Source of the DNA: Mytilus trossulus
Lineage: Eukaryota
Assembly (NCBI RefSeq): GCF_036588685.1
Contig: NC_086374.1
Coordinates: forward strand, 42,718,001 to 42,782,000
DNA: 64,000 bases
Direction: 5' to 3'
The position numbers and the translations under genes are program-made. This document shows positions 38,301 through 50,212 of the stretch, in pieces; position 1 is the stretch's first letter; every line of letters begins with the position of its first letter. Below the pieces are notes generated by a model. That model was not told where the DNA came from. It made no database searches and saw only the letters and a list, made by a program, of their open reading frames with translations.

Positions 38301-39199
38301 CTTTTTTAGAAAAAGGACGAGTCTGTCTTTGACATACCCCTGGTTCATCTACTTTCTGCTCAAAACCTACCTATTGTATTTATTGTGAACTTGTTCTCGC
38401 CCTGGATATGCATGAAATATTTGCCACTGGATGTTAAGTAACTATCAATCAATTGTCTTTCTACTCATAATGCACAATAAAATGGGATCAAGGTAAGATG
38501 ACTACTGTTAGACTAAAATGTATATAACAGTAATATAACCTGACCAAATATAGCTCACTTGATATTCGTATTGACTATATATAAAGATCAACATCACATA
38601 AAAGAAAGAATTATTTAAATTCAGAGTCAATATCAGATGCCCATCGCAAGACAGACATTCAATCACTTTCACAGATTTTATTCCACTCACAATGATGATC
38701 AATAATAATGAAAATAAGGCCAGTGATATATAAACTCTGTCTGACGTACAAATACACAAATTTTACAATTTAAACAACGGAAATAAATAAGTTTTATCTT
38801 CAAAGGCAGCGGTTGTTTGCGTAATAACAAATGTTTAATACAAAATCAGAAGGAAAAATTCACAAATAAAAATAGAAAAAAAATCATCTGGAAATACCAT
38901 GTTATGCTTCATACAGGGCAAGATAAATGAATTCATGTCCCCAATCCGCCCGCGCGTGTCTGCGTATTTTAATACATCCATTACAGCCGAATGAATGCCC
39001 ATCTTCAGCAAGAATTTACTGAAGAATGTGATGAATTCAGGTGACCATATTTCAATTACCAAGTCCTTAGGTATTAGGACTCTATAGCCCTGTACACTTA
39101 CTTTTTTGCTTTGTCATTTAAAAATATGTACAGGCAATTAAAATAACAACTCCATAGCGATATCTACAAATTTAAGTAGCAGTAGCTCAGAATTCACTA

Positions 39200-42100
39200 T
39201 TGTACGGCGGCTTTGTGAAAAATTGTGCACATACTGCTACAAGCATAAAAGGCATAGACCTTCCTCAACTATGTCTCTTTCATTTCAGATAGGGAGACAT
39301 TTGACAAAAAATGTCTCACTTCCGGTAAATTTCAAAATGGCGGACATCATACTTTAATTCGTCCAATATCGAAGGCTAGTATGTGAAAAGGTGTTATTAA
39401 CATGCTACTATCATAATAGTTGGTACAAACCTTTGTTTTGTACTTCTTTTGGATAAATGATATAGATAACATGTCTTCAAAATCCCTACTTCCTGTAAAA
39501 TCCAACATGGTGGATATAGTACTAGACTTATTTTTAGGGAGGGTAATTGAAATGTGTTTTAAAGTATTGTTTCTGTTATAACATTGTGCAGGAACCTTTC
39601 TTTGGTGCTTCTCATAGATACAATGTATAAGACATATGTCTTTAAAACCCTTACTTCCGGTGATATCCAATATGGCGGACATAGAATCATGATAATTTTT
39701 CATTTCAATATTCAACTTTTTTCAAATGTAAATAAAATGGGTTTTTTTAGCTGGTAATTAAACTTTTGGCATTATCTCATCCTAAAACCTACTAATTCAA
39801 TTCAGTTTTATATGATTAAATACAAAATTAACTCTTCCAGTGAAAAAAAAATCAATATGGCGTAAATTACAAAGATGAGTCCTCAATCCACATCTTCAAT
39901 GTAGAGTTTTGGATAGATTGATTAAAACAAAATAAAATCACTCAAAGTTCTTGGACATCTTTAAAATGACTTATTGATGGCCGCAAAAAATATGTTTATT
40001 CACAATTTGAGAGCTTATTTTTCCAATTTACAAAGATCTTAGCATTGTTTCTTACATCTACTAGTATCATGTACAAGCTCCTGATAAGATGAAGAGGCCT
40101 CACAAAGAGTTGTCCAAAAAGTTTCCCATGGATCATATTTTCCCCATCGCCATTCATAAGCGATGGACTAGTTAGCATAGGAACCAATACCATGCTTGTT
40201 ACTCATTGCACCCCATGGTATATTGCATGTTTTACTTGCTGAAAAGACTAGACTGAGTCGTGAGAAAGGCCTCAATAAGTTTTTCCTCTTCCAAAAACAC
40301 ATTTGTTCTTCGTTAACCCGATTCTGAATTTGTTCGATCTTACAACCAAACCACATATCGTTCTATCAATGACATTTTCACATCCATATCTGGTGATTTT
40401 GGCTGATTAATCATCATTCTAAATAATAGAGTCACATCTTTAAACCCCAACCATGTCACCAACGCAGTTCCTTTTCCAGCAAACGTGTAATCTCTCAATG
40501 CCTTGAGTGAGTATTTTAAAGGTCATGAATAGATATATATATATCTAAAGCTTTTTCCACTTCCAAATGCAAGCCAAAGTTTGTATGCCCCTACGTCACT
40601 GAAAAGCGAAACAGCAATGACAGCAACATCAGTATCGACTGTTTGAGTCATGACTCAGTTAAATCTGTGTTTTACTGCATCAGACACAGCATCTTGATTC
40701 AAGTGTCAGTCTCTTCACGTGAACATGATGCTAAGCTTGAAACATCACCATGAGGTGGATAACACAGATTATCCTGACAATTGTTGCTACAACTACCTTT
40801 TACTCAAAATCTATTGAGCAAGCTGTTGCGAATGAAAACTGAAAAGTTCTTTCTTATTGTAGTAATCTTGTTTTGACTCTGGATTCGTCTGTGGATCCCC
40901 TCCCCTTAAATGTAGCTCTTGCTTCTTATAACAAATGTTCATGATTTTCTATCTTATCTACCTCGAGATGTATTTCAAGTTTATCACCATGGTCATATTA
41001 AGAGGCTGACAATAGAATCATGGTGCATGTGTCTGATGCAATGAAACACGAACTTGCACGAGTCATGATTCAAATACTCGTTACTGTTTCTCTATTCCGT
41101 GACAGGGGTAGACGAACTATGGATTGTGTTTGGGAAGGCAAAAAGCTGTGGCTACATATATATCAATGACCTATCAAATACACCTGGCAATGAGTGATTA
41201 CACACACTTACTGTGTTCCATGTCTTTACCAGTTATGATATGGTTCTCTGAATGCTTGAAAAGGAAAAAAAGACTGCGTGGGAGACATTGATGGCATTTG
41301 AAGATGTAACTTTGACATACAGAATGATGATTAATCAGCCTAAATCACCGAGGTTTAACTGTAAGATCACACAAACTTATAAGGGGGAGGTTAGCATGGT
41401 TAACGAATAGGGAAAATAACTATTTGCGCAAAAGGGAAGACTAATTGAGGGTATTCTCTCAACTTGGTCTAATTTTTCCAGCATGTAAAACGTGCAATAT
41501 CCTAAGCCAGGTGTTTAGGGGGGACGAGCTTGGAATTGACTCTTTTGCTACCCAGTTCAGGCGCTAATGGATGGCGAAGGCTCAAAGAGGATAACTTTTT
41601 CAAAGGCCTCATAATTTTGTCAGAAGCTTGTACATTGTGAATGTACTAGGGATTGCCAAAAAATGCTACATCCTAAGCATCAGAAACAAAAGCCATAAAA
41701 TCTACAGTTTAAATGGACACATACTACAACAAGTCAAGCATAACCCGTACCTAGGCCTACAATTTTTGGAAGACCTCAAATGGACCACGCACATATCAAA
41801 CGTGGCAAAGAAAGCAAATTCAACATTAGGCTTTCAAAGAAGAAACTTGAAATACTGCCCACAAGATTGCAAAAAAAACTTACGTCTCGCTCGTTGATCA
41901 ACGAAGGAATTTGGAGCCATAGTATGTGACCCCTTCACGGTAACAAACATAAATAATCTAGAAAGGATACACCGTCAAGCGGCAAGATTTATCACCATAG
42001 ATTACAAGTCAAGAGGGGACGGGGGTGTCTCCAATTTGCTTGCCCAACTGGACAAACAAGACCTCCAAACAATTGCAAGACGAACAAGCTAGAAGTTGAT

Positions 42101-43345
42101 ATTTATGTACAAAGTGGACTAGGGGCTGATTGCCGCTATTGATCCGGACGAATTTAAAAAAAAAAAAAAGCACGTTCTTAGAGAAAAATAACTGCCAAGA
42201 ATTTCGAAGAATACCACGCAACAAATATTGTGAAAAAGCAAGTAAAGAATCATTCTAAGTGTTTTGACATTTCACTAAGAAAACACCACAATTCTCAAAC
42301 TCATTCTTTGTAAAGACAGTGGTCGCGTCCAATCAGCTAGATCACACTAAAGAGCGCGCATCAAGCGTGGAGAGCGTCAAATCTGCCCTAACGCCTCGTC
42401 AGTAAATCGGCGGCGCTCTCTTTAACCGTTATATTAAAGCCAAAATTGGTATCGACAACGTATTCATACAGATAGATACAGAGGATGTTGCGGTCGTTGT
42501 TAATGTGAAAAATCGGGTCTCTCGTGCACTGCTTTGTTTGCATGTGTTGTGACTGTGAATAAACATGTAAATTTGAGCCAACTAGTAGTAATTTGAAAAA
42601 TGTTTTAGTACTACAGTAATTTTATTTTGTTTTAACCAATCTATCTAAAACTCTAAATCAAAGATATGGATTGAGAACTCATTTTTGAAATTTACATCAT
42701 TCTTTTATTTTTTTTATCGGAAGTGTGATTTAAAAATTTACAACAGAATAAAATAAGTGGTTTTGATGATAACTAGAAGCCAATAGTTTAATGACAAGCA
42801 AAAAATAACAACAACAAAAATGTTCTTTACATTTTGAAAAAAGTTGAATATTAAAATAGAAAATTGATATTTCTATGACCGCCATTCTGAATTTTACCAG
42901 CAGTAGGGTTTGTTAAGAGATATGTCATATACATTGTATCCATGAAAAGCACAAAAGAAAGGTTCCTGTAATGAAGGTAGCAATACATTAAAACACATTT
43001 TAATTACCCTTCCTAAAAATAAGCTTATTCTAGTACTATATCCGCCATGTTGGATTTTACTGGAAGTAGGGTTTTTGAAGACATTTTATCTATATCATAT
43101 ATCCAAAAGTAGTATATAACAAAGGTCTGTACCCAATATTATGTTATTAGCATGATAATAACACCTGTTCGATATTGGGCTGATTTAAGTATGATGTCCG
43201 CCATTTTACCGGAAGTGAGACATTTTTTTCAATTGCCTCTCTATCTGAATAAAAGAGTAATAGTTGAGGAAGGTCTATGGCAAATTTCATCCTTTTAGCA
43301 GGAAGTGCACAATTCTTTTGAAATATGCTTGTAGCCGCCGGACAA
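39200..43345. mobile_element. Fold-back Academ(X)-like DNA transposon derivative with a 3-bp CTA TSD; two inverted, decayed XPG/PIN-nuclease plus Cys-finger 3' halves
   Basis: CTA|TTGTaCGGCGGCT ... AGCCGCCGGACAA|CTA. Minus arm: SREETDT, VDTDVAVIAV, LWLAFGSGKSFRY. Plus arm: EADNRIMVHVSDA, FHVFT, KKTAW, LVHCECTR/GCCGRC..KSGLSCTAL. Confidence 0.75.
41652..42482 (+). mobile_element. 5'-truncated, decayed CR1/L2-group LINE inserted into the Academ-like Cys finger
   Basis: KKCYILSI...YLGL...DLKWTTHISNVAKKANSTLGF.RRNLKYCP, ERIHRQAARFI; (CAGATA)n-like tail at ~42467-42482. Confidence 0.8.
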
Positions 43346-43774
43346 CTACTTCGGTTCTAACATGACTTAGTACAAACCGTTCTTTTAATGTCGAATTATA
43401 GAAATTAAGAAATTGACCTCATATGGATTTAGCTATGATTTGTATGTCTTTTTTTTTGTCATATAGCTTCACCTGTTTTGGTTCTTATACGCAAGTACAT
43501 CATTGGTTTCATAAGGGAGTCCATTCCCCAGGTTGGGATACTGGCTTTGAAAGAAGTCAAAATGTGTTAATACTTTAGGAGACTCTAGTAATTTTTGTAT
43601 AAATACATATTTATTTGTAGGTATACGTAGTTTGCCTTTTAATCTGATTTAATCTGATAGAACAGCGGTTTTCTACTGTTGCCTTTATTTAGTGTAATAT
43701 TGTTGTTTGGGTATAGAGGTGGAAAATTCCTCGAATAACAAAACAAAAAAACTGAATCCCTATTAAGCTTGTAA

Positions 43775-45185
43775 TTAGGTCTTTCCACTTTTAATGGAAA
43801 AACCTTTTGTTTTTCTTCTGATTATTAGGTCTTTCCACTTTTCGTGAAAAGACCTTTTGTTTTTCTTCTGATTATTTTTTTTTCTGCCGAACACTTATTC
43901 TTATAGGAGTTATCTCCTCGTGTCCCCTTATTCTTGTTATCGCTATATCTCTAAAACTGTAAAAGATTTTTACAAACTGTTTTCACCAATTGTTCGTCTA
44001 CTCTTAAGAATGATTTGTTTTATTTTGACTGGAGTGATCAGAGGATATCTTATGGGAGTTGTTTCCCTTAGAAATTTAAGATAGACGATATGTTGGATAA
44101 ATTCATACGGTTAAGTCATAGAGTCATACAGTCTTTTGAAATGAAGTCCTTGGCCCATTTGAAGGAAATTGAGGTCAAGGTCATGTTAATTTTTTTTGAA
44201 TTTTGCTTGTTTTCGTTATTCAAAAGAAACTGTTACAGTTAATGATATGATATGTTTGCCAAATTACTGTTTACAATAAGGCGAAACTTCAACCTATTCA
44301 GTCGAAGTGTTTTGGTTAACCCTTATAGGAGTTTTCTCCCCTTATGTATTTGAAATCATAATTTCTCCACATCCATACAATTGATTGACCTCGGACCTTC
44401 CAATTTTAGCCATGACTTTGAAATTGAGGTCAAGGTCATGTTAATTTTTTTTTGAATTTTGCTTGTTATCGTTATTCAAAAGAAACTGTTACAGTTAATG
44501 ATATGATGTGTTTGTCAAATTACTGTTTACAATAAGGCGCTACTTCAACCTATTTCAGTCGAAGTTTTTTGGTTAACCCTTATAGGAGTTTTCTCCCATT
44601 ATGTATTTGAAATAATTATTTCTCCACAACTATACAAGTGATTGACCTGGGGCCTTTCGATTTGAGTTCACTGACCTATGACCTTGAATTTGAGGTCAAG
44701 GTTCAAGGTCAAGGTCATATTCTAAATTTTGTGAATTTTGCTTGTAATCTTTATTCAAAAGAAACTGTAACAGTTAATGATATGATGTGTTTGCCAAATT
44801 ACTGTTTACAATAAGGGGCAACTTCAACCCATTTAAGTCGAAGTGTTTTGGTCAACCCTTTTAGGAGTTTTCTCCCCTTTTGTATTTGAAATCGGTATTT
44901 CTCCACAACCATACAAGTGATTGACATGGGGTCTTTTGATTTGAGATCACTGACCTATGACCTTGAAATTGAGGTCAAAGGTCAACTTGACGTTCTAGAT
45001 TTTGACCTTTGCTTTAAATTCCTTCTTGTTCATTATAAATCAATTAAGTCTTCTGCATATACCTATTAATCTTAATTTTTTTTATATCAGTTTGAGGTAC
45101 CCAATTACATCAACAAGGAGTGACCTTTTCTAACATTTTTAAATTTCATTCTTATTATCAAGGTGGAAAGACCTTCAATTGTTCT
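43775..45185 (+). mobile_element. Helentron-associated (HINE-like) element with three ~260-290-bp internal tandem repeats and a duplicated 5' hairpin
   Basis: AGGTCTTTCCAC twice at the 5' end, GTGGAAAGACCT at ~45163; units beginning GAAATTGAGGTCAAGGTCA at ~44165, 44420, 44690-44710, 44965. Confidence 0.75.
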
Positions 45186-45424
45186 CTGAAGAATGGTTTT
45201 TACTTATGTTTTAAAGTTTAGATAATCTCGAAGTATTATATTGTCTATCCTGACCAACTGACCCAGACGAGATTATACTTCTTGTATGATCTTGTACTAC
45301 ATGTATTTAAAAATAATTAATCGGCTTTCTTTTACGTGACAAAAGGAACGGAAAATATATAAATATAGTGATATACAGGGCCAATGAAAATAATTCAAAC
45401 TATAAACAAACCATCATTTATTAT

Positions 45425-46486
45425 TTATTCCGAAGAAGAATCTAATTTATACATTGAAACTGATTCTCCGTCATTATTTGAAACATACAAACACATGTCA
45501 TTTCGGTTGAAATGTACGCACAGCGGATTGTTTATCCCATGCTTTTTCGAGAGAATCACGTGTGATTTTGTTCCCTCGGAATTAATAACATGAATTTTGT
45601 TTTTACCAAACTCACTTGTAAAAACTTGTCCTTGATGATCAACCGATATCCCTCTAATACATTTCATTGTCAGATTAGAAAAGGAATATACCTCGTCGCC
45701 ATGTCTATTGAAGCACAAGACTTTATGCGACCAATATACAGCACAGTAAATATTACCATTGTCAGATGAACACAAATAAGCTTCGCCTGTAACATCAGAG
45801 ATAGTATTTTGCACAGCACCGTCTAAACTGATAATTGTTAACCCTTTTTCTAGACAATTTAAAACGAGGTTGTCATCGGTATAAGTGATTCCATGGCAAC
45901 TGTCTTCTACATTCAAATATCGGAACGTTTTTCTAGTCAGAATGTTTACTAGTGCCACAGATTTCTTTTCTTGTAGTGTTACAGCAATTTTGTCACTATT
46001 TATCACTGCTATTGCACAAGGTTTCCCACTTACATCAATGGCTTTATATATCTCTAAACTCTGATTATAAACATACAGCTTACAGTTGCAAAAGTCCGTC
46101 AAAACAACATTTCCATTTGGAAGCTCATCAATGCTACTTATCCAGGGTTTACTTTCGGAACATTTTATATCAAATGTTGTGTGATTGTCAAATTTAAGTC
46201 TTTCAAATCCATTATTTTCTGTTTCCTCAATTTCACTTTTTTCTGTTTTCTCGTTTTCACTTTTTTCTGTTTTCTCAATTTCACTTTTCTCTGTTTTCTC
46301 GTTTTCACTTTTTTCTGTTTTCTCAATTTCACTTTTTTCTGTTTTCTTGTTTTCTGTTTCAGTGTGTTTCTTCTTAGGAGAGCACTGTAAACTATAGTCA
46401 TTATCAGAACTTGTTTTGTTTCTTTTTATTGTTTTCTCAATTGTGTTTTCATTTTCTTTAGCAGGGAGTGAAACGTTGCTGAACAT
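45425..46486 (-). CDS. NHL/beta-propeller protein of the TRIM-like C-terminal type, with an N-terminal E/K-rich 8-aa repeat
   Basis: 353-aa ORF; blades such as GKPCAIAV, CHGITY, IRGISVDHQGQVF, NPLCVHFN; acceptor ttgtag at 46528 with the frame open to the ATG. Confidence 0.8.
   Translation of the reverse strand: MFSNVSLPAKENENTIEKTIKRNKTSSDNDYSLQCSPKKKHTETENKKTEKSEIEKTEKSENEKTEKSEIEKTEKSENEKTEKSEIEETENNGFERLKFDNHTTFDIKCSESKPWISSIDELPNGNVVLTDFCNCKLYVYNQSLEIYKAIDVSGKPCAIAVINSDKIAVTLQEKKSVALVNILTRKTFRYLNVEDSCHGITYTDDNLVLNCLEKGLTIISLDGAVQNTISDVTGEAYLCSSDNGNIYCAVYWSHKVLCFNRHGDEVYSFSNLTMKCIRGISVDHQGQVFTSEFGKNKIHVINSEGTKSHVILSKKHGINNPLCVHFNRNDMCLYVSNNDGESVSMYKLDSSSE
46215..46362 (-). repeat. Coding 24-bp tandem repeat (alternating ENEKTEKS / EIEKTEKS)
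   Basis: Visible in both DNA and protein. Confidence 0.9.
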
Positions 46487-47212
46487 TTGTTTAGTTGAAC
46501 TAGCAATGGCGTATTGCTGTAAAGAAATCTACAAAAAAATCATGAAAACATTAAACGTTAAATGTAATTAAATGTTACATACAATCAATATGTGTGTGGG
46601 TACTTTATTTATTAAAGTTCTTACTATGTTATAGACTCCTTTGTTAAATTTGAAAAGAAACTATTGTGTTTACACCAATCTATGTCTAATATATTGATTC
46701 AACCTGGTGTACATCTATTTGAGGTGACTTCATGTTGAACAGAAATAAACTACAGTCTACTCAACTCCATCGACACCTGAAACGCACTACCATCTATGGT
46801 TAAATGTCTGTCTAATCAGAAATAAAGTCATATGTAAATTCTGTTTGGCACCATTTTTGCTTTGTAAATGCCAATAAAACCCCAAAATTTGTAGATTGCT
46901 TCCTATATATATCAGAAATGAAATTCCCAAATTCCATGTGAACAAATTGTCAAACTGGAAATCAATGTAAAAGTCCGCACATTTCTTCATAAAATATTAA
47001 ATGCAGGATTGCCCATTGAAAATGGTCCCAGTCGCTATCACTGTATTATTTCAGACGGCTGACTTACGAGGAATAGAAGTCCCCCCTGTCTTATAGTTCT
47101 GAAGATCCAGTAGTAAAATATTATTGTTTATCAATATGTGACACTTACAGTTTCTATTATCAATCCCTTCCAAGATCCCAAGTATAAGAAATATAGAATA
47201 TATTGTACATAC

Positions 47213-47330
47213 CTTATTACGTATTGATATTTAACAAATATAATCCGTCTTATACTTTTAAATTCAAATAACATAAATAAACCTATTTTGGCATTGCGCC
47301 ATTTATAAATACCTTTAAAATTCCCAGTTG
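47213..47330 (-). promoter_or_regulatory. Candidate non-coding first exon and promoter of the NHL gene
   Basis: Donor TAAG|gtatgt at ~47212(-), TATA-like TTTATAAAT at ~47302, kB-like GGGAATTTT at ~47318(-). Confidence 0.35.
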
Positions 47331-47854
47331 TTTAAATATAACGTAATAGGTAATGGAAAATTGTCAATTTCGAGAGTAGATCACATGTGATAATAGCTCA
47401 ATCCAATAATCAATATTTCAACACAGTTCAGTTACAGTGGAATCTTTTTTTAATATACACATTGAGAGTTATTATACAAATAAGAAGATGTGGTACGATT
47501 GCGAATGGGACAACTCGCCACAAGAGACCTATTGACACAGATAATAACAATATATAGGTCACTGTACGTCCGTCAACAATGAGTTTTAACACCATGCTGC
47601 ATAGTTAGTTATAAAAAATTTCCGTTATGTTTGTTTGTTTAATGTTTTAATGTTTTATATAAATATTGTCTTTAAAAATATTTTTTTTATATAATATTTT
47701 TTTTTTTAATAAAAAAAGACAAAAACATAAAAGTATATGTAGTGAAATTACTAAGACTGATGATATAGGACAGTGTTTGTAAAAGTATACGTATAAGGGG
47801 TGTTTACCCTGAAACAACTTAAATATTTACTCGTGTGGCAGATTAAGAATGCGT

Positions 47855-50212
47855 TACTTTAGATGATGGAACTATATCTAACAATTTAGAAACTGTTTTA
47901 AGTAAATGGAAAAACAGTTTTCACAGTTTATTAAACCCAAATGTAAATGCAGATTATAACAAGGTTGATAATTGTATTCTTAAAGAAAATATTATTTGTA
48001 TTGATTTAGATAAGGAAATTACTATTGATGAGGTTCATAAAGTTGTAATGAATGCAAAAAATTGTAAAAGTGCAGGAATTGACCTTATTCAAGCTGAGTT
48101 TTGTAAAAATATCTCTATTATTTCTATTTTACATAAATTATTTAACTTATGTTTCAGTTCTGGTAATGTACCAAATATATGGAATAAGGGAATTATAACC
48201 CCAATACCAAAATGTTCTACATCAGATCCTAGAGACCCCTTATCTTATAGGGGCATAACTCTAGCTCCATTCACATACAAGATGTATTGTAGTATTTTAA
48301 ATGAAAGATTAGTCAAATGGTTAGATGAAAGGGAGATAATTAACGACGAGCAAAACGGTTTTATGAAAGGCAAAAGTACAATTGATCATATAAGCACTAT
48401 AACATCAATAATAGAAACCAGGAAAAAGTGTAAATTATCAACATATGTAGCTTTTATAGACTTTAAGAAAGCATATGACTCAATTAATAGAGTTTTTTTG
48501 TTCAACAAACTAGAAAATCTAGGTATAAGTTCAAAGTTTATGTATTCTTTAAAAGCTTTATACTGTAATGTAGAATGTAGTGTACGTATTAATGGTAATA
48601 TGACTGACTGGTTTAATGTTGATTCTGGATTGAAACAAGGTTGTGTTTTATCATCTATAATGTTTAATATATATATAAATAATTTGGTTGATGACATTAA
48701 TGCTTTGAATATTGGTATTAACATAGATGATGAAAAATTAGCTATATTGTTATATGCTGATGATGTTATTTTAATGGCAGAGAATGAAGAAGATCTACAA
48801 AAAATGTTGAATGTGCTTAATACATGGTGTCTCAATAATGAGCTGACAGTTAATATAAATAAATCTAAGATCATGCATTTTAGAAATCCAGCTGTTCTAC
48901 AAACTAAATGTATTTTTTCTATTGGTGGTAATAGTATAGAATGTGTAAAATGTTATCAATATTTAGGCTTATTACTTACTGAATATTTAGATTATCAGTT
49001 AATGGCTAAGGCAGTAGCGAAGTCAGCAAGTAGAGCATTAGGATTATTAATTGTAAAGAGTAAAATGCATGGTGGTTTCCAGCACAAAATTTTTTCTAAA
49101 CTGTATGATACAATGGTATGGTCAGTTATTAGTTATGGCGCAGGTATTTGGGGAACAAGAGACTTTTCCTGCATAAATGCAGTCCAAAACAGGGCCATGA
49201 GATTTTTCATGGGTGTTGGCAAATACACACCAAATGATGCCATAGCTGGTGATATGGGCTGGAAACCTCCATGCGTTAAACAATGGTCAAGTGTCTTGAG
49301 ACATTGGGCTAGGTGTTCCATAATGGACCCACACAGGATAAATTTTAAAATTTTTAAGTGGTCTATACGAAAGTGTAATACCAGAATTAAAAACTGGAGT
49401 TTTAGAGTTATAGAAATGTTAAAATTGTATAATTATGAGCAATATTGTAATTTTGAATCAAATGTATTAAACAAAAATTGTATTAAACAAATTGAGGAGG
49501 ATGTATTTGATAATTTTAAATCAAACTGGTGTACAAGAGTTGCTGCATATGCAGAGGGAAGTAAATTAAGAACTTACAAATTGTTTAAAAATAACTATTG
49601 TACTGAAAATTATTTGCAAAATATTATATCTTTAAAGAACAGAAGTTCATTTGCTAAATTTAGATGTGGGGTAGCTCCACTAAAACTAGAAACTGGAAGA
49701 TATGAAAAGAAAGAAGTCCATGAGAGGACATGTTTTAACTGTAGCTCTATTGTTGAAGATGAAATGCATGTAATTTTAAAATGCCCATTATATGTGGATC
49801 TAAGACAAATCATGATACATGAAGCTTTACATTTTAATGAACATTTTAACCTGTTATCAGATAATGAAAAATTTATATTTTTATTTAGTAATGACAATGT
49901 TGCTGCTATAGTTGCCAAAACCTGCAACAGCATTTTATTAAGAAGAAATAGTATTCTATTTCACTAGTTTTTAAAGAAACAAATGTTTTAATATCATTTA
50001 GTAAAAATGTATATTGTGTCAGAATTTTTAATTCTAAATGTGTAAAAATATGTTTATATGTATATAGTATATCTTAAAAGTCTCTCATAAATCTTTTTAA
50101 GATTGGTACATGCAATGCAAATGTTTTAATGTTTTAAATCTATGTATGTGAATCTCATTTTATGTTTGTATGTGGTGAGACTATAATAAAATATTGAATC
50201 TGAATCTGAATC
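47855..50212 (+). mobile_element. 5'-truncated non-LTR retrotransposon (RTEX/L2-like), young
   Basis: Uninterrupted RT ORF, AATAAA and (GAATCT)n tail, candidate TSD TGCGT at 47850 and 50213. Confidence 0.9.
48048..49967 (+). CDS. LINE ORF2 fragment: reverse transcriptase plus C-terminal CCHC finger (endonuclease lost by truncation)
   Basis: YRGITL, EQNGF, FIDFKKAYDS, GLKQGCVLS, LLYADD, YLG, CFNC...EDEMHVILKCPLY. Confidence 0.92.
   Translation: MNAKNCKSAGIDLIQAEFCKNISIISILHKLFNLCFSSGNVPNIWNKGIITPIPKCSTSDPRDPLSYRGITLAPFTYKMYCSILNERLVKWLDEREIINDEQNGFMKGKSTIDHISTITSIIETRKKCKLSTYVAFIDFKKAYDSINRVFLFNKLENLGISSKFMYSLKALYCNVECSVRINGNMTDWFNVDSGLKQGCVLSSIMFNIYINNLVDDINALNIGINIDDEKLAILLYADDVILMAENEEDLQKMLNVLNTWCLNNELTVNINKSKIMHFRNPAVLQTKCIFSIGGNSIECVKCYQYLGLLLTEYLDYQLMAKAVAKSASRALGLLIVKSKMHGGFQHKIFSKLYDTMVWSVISYGAGIWGTRDFSCINAVQNRAMRFFMGVGKYTPNDAIAGDMGWKPPCVKQWSSVLRHWARCSIMDPHRINFKIFKWSIRKCNTRIKNWSFRVIEMLKLYNYEQYCNFESNVLNKNCIKQIEEDVFDNFKSNWCTRVAAYAEGSKLRTYKLFKNNYCTENYLQNIISLKNRSSFAKFRCGVAPLKLETGRYEKKEVHERTCFNCSSIVEDEMHVILKCPLYVDLRQIMIHEALHFNEHFNLLSDNEKFIFLFSNDNVAAIVAKTCNSILLRRNSILFH

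Noticed and set aside
48386-49933. Antisense ORFs within the LINE, and similar shadow ORFs over genes B, NHL and MCUR1
   Set aside because: Shadows of real coding frames with no independent features.
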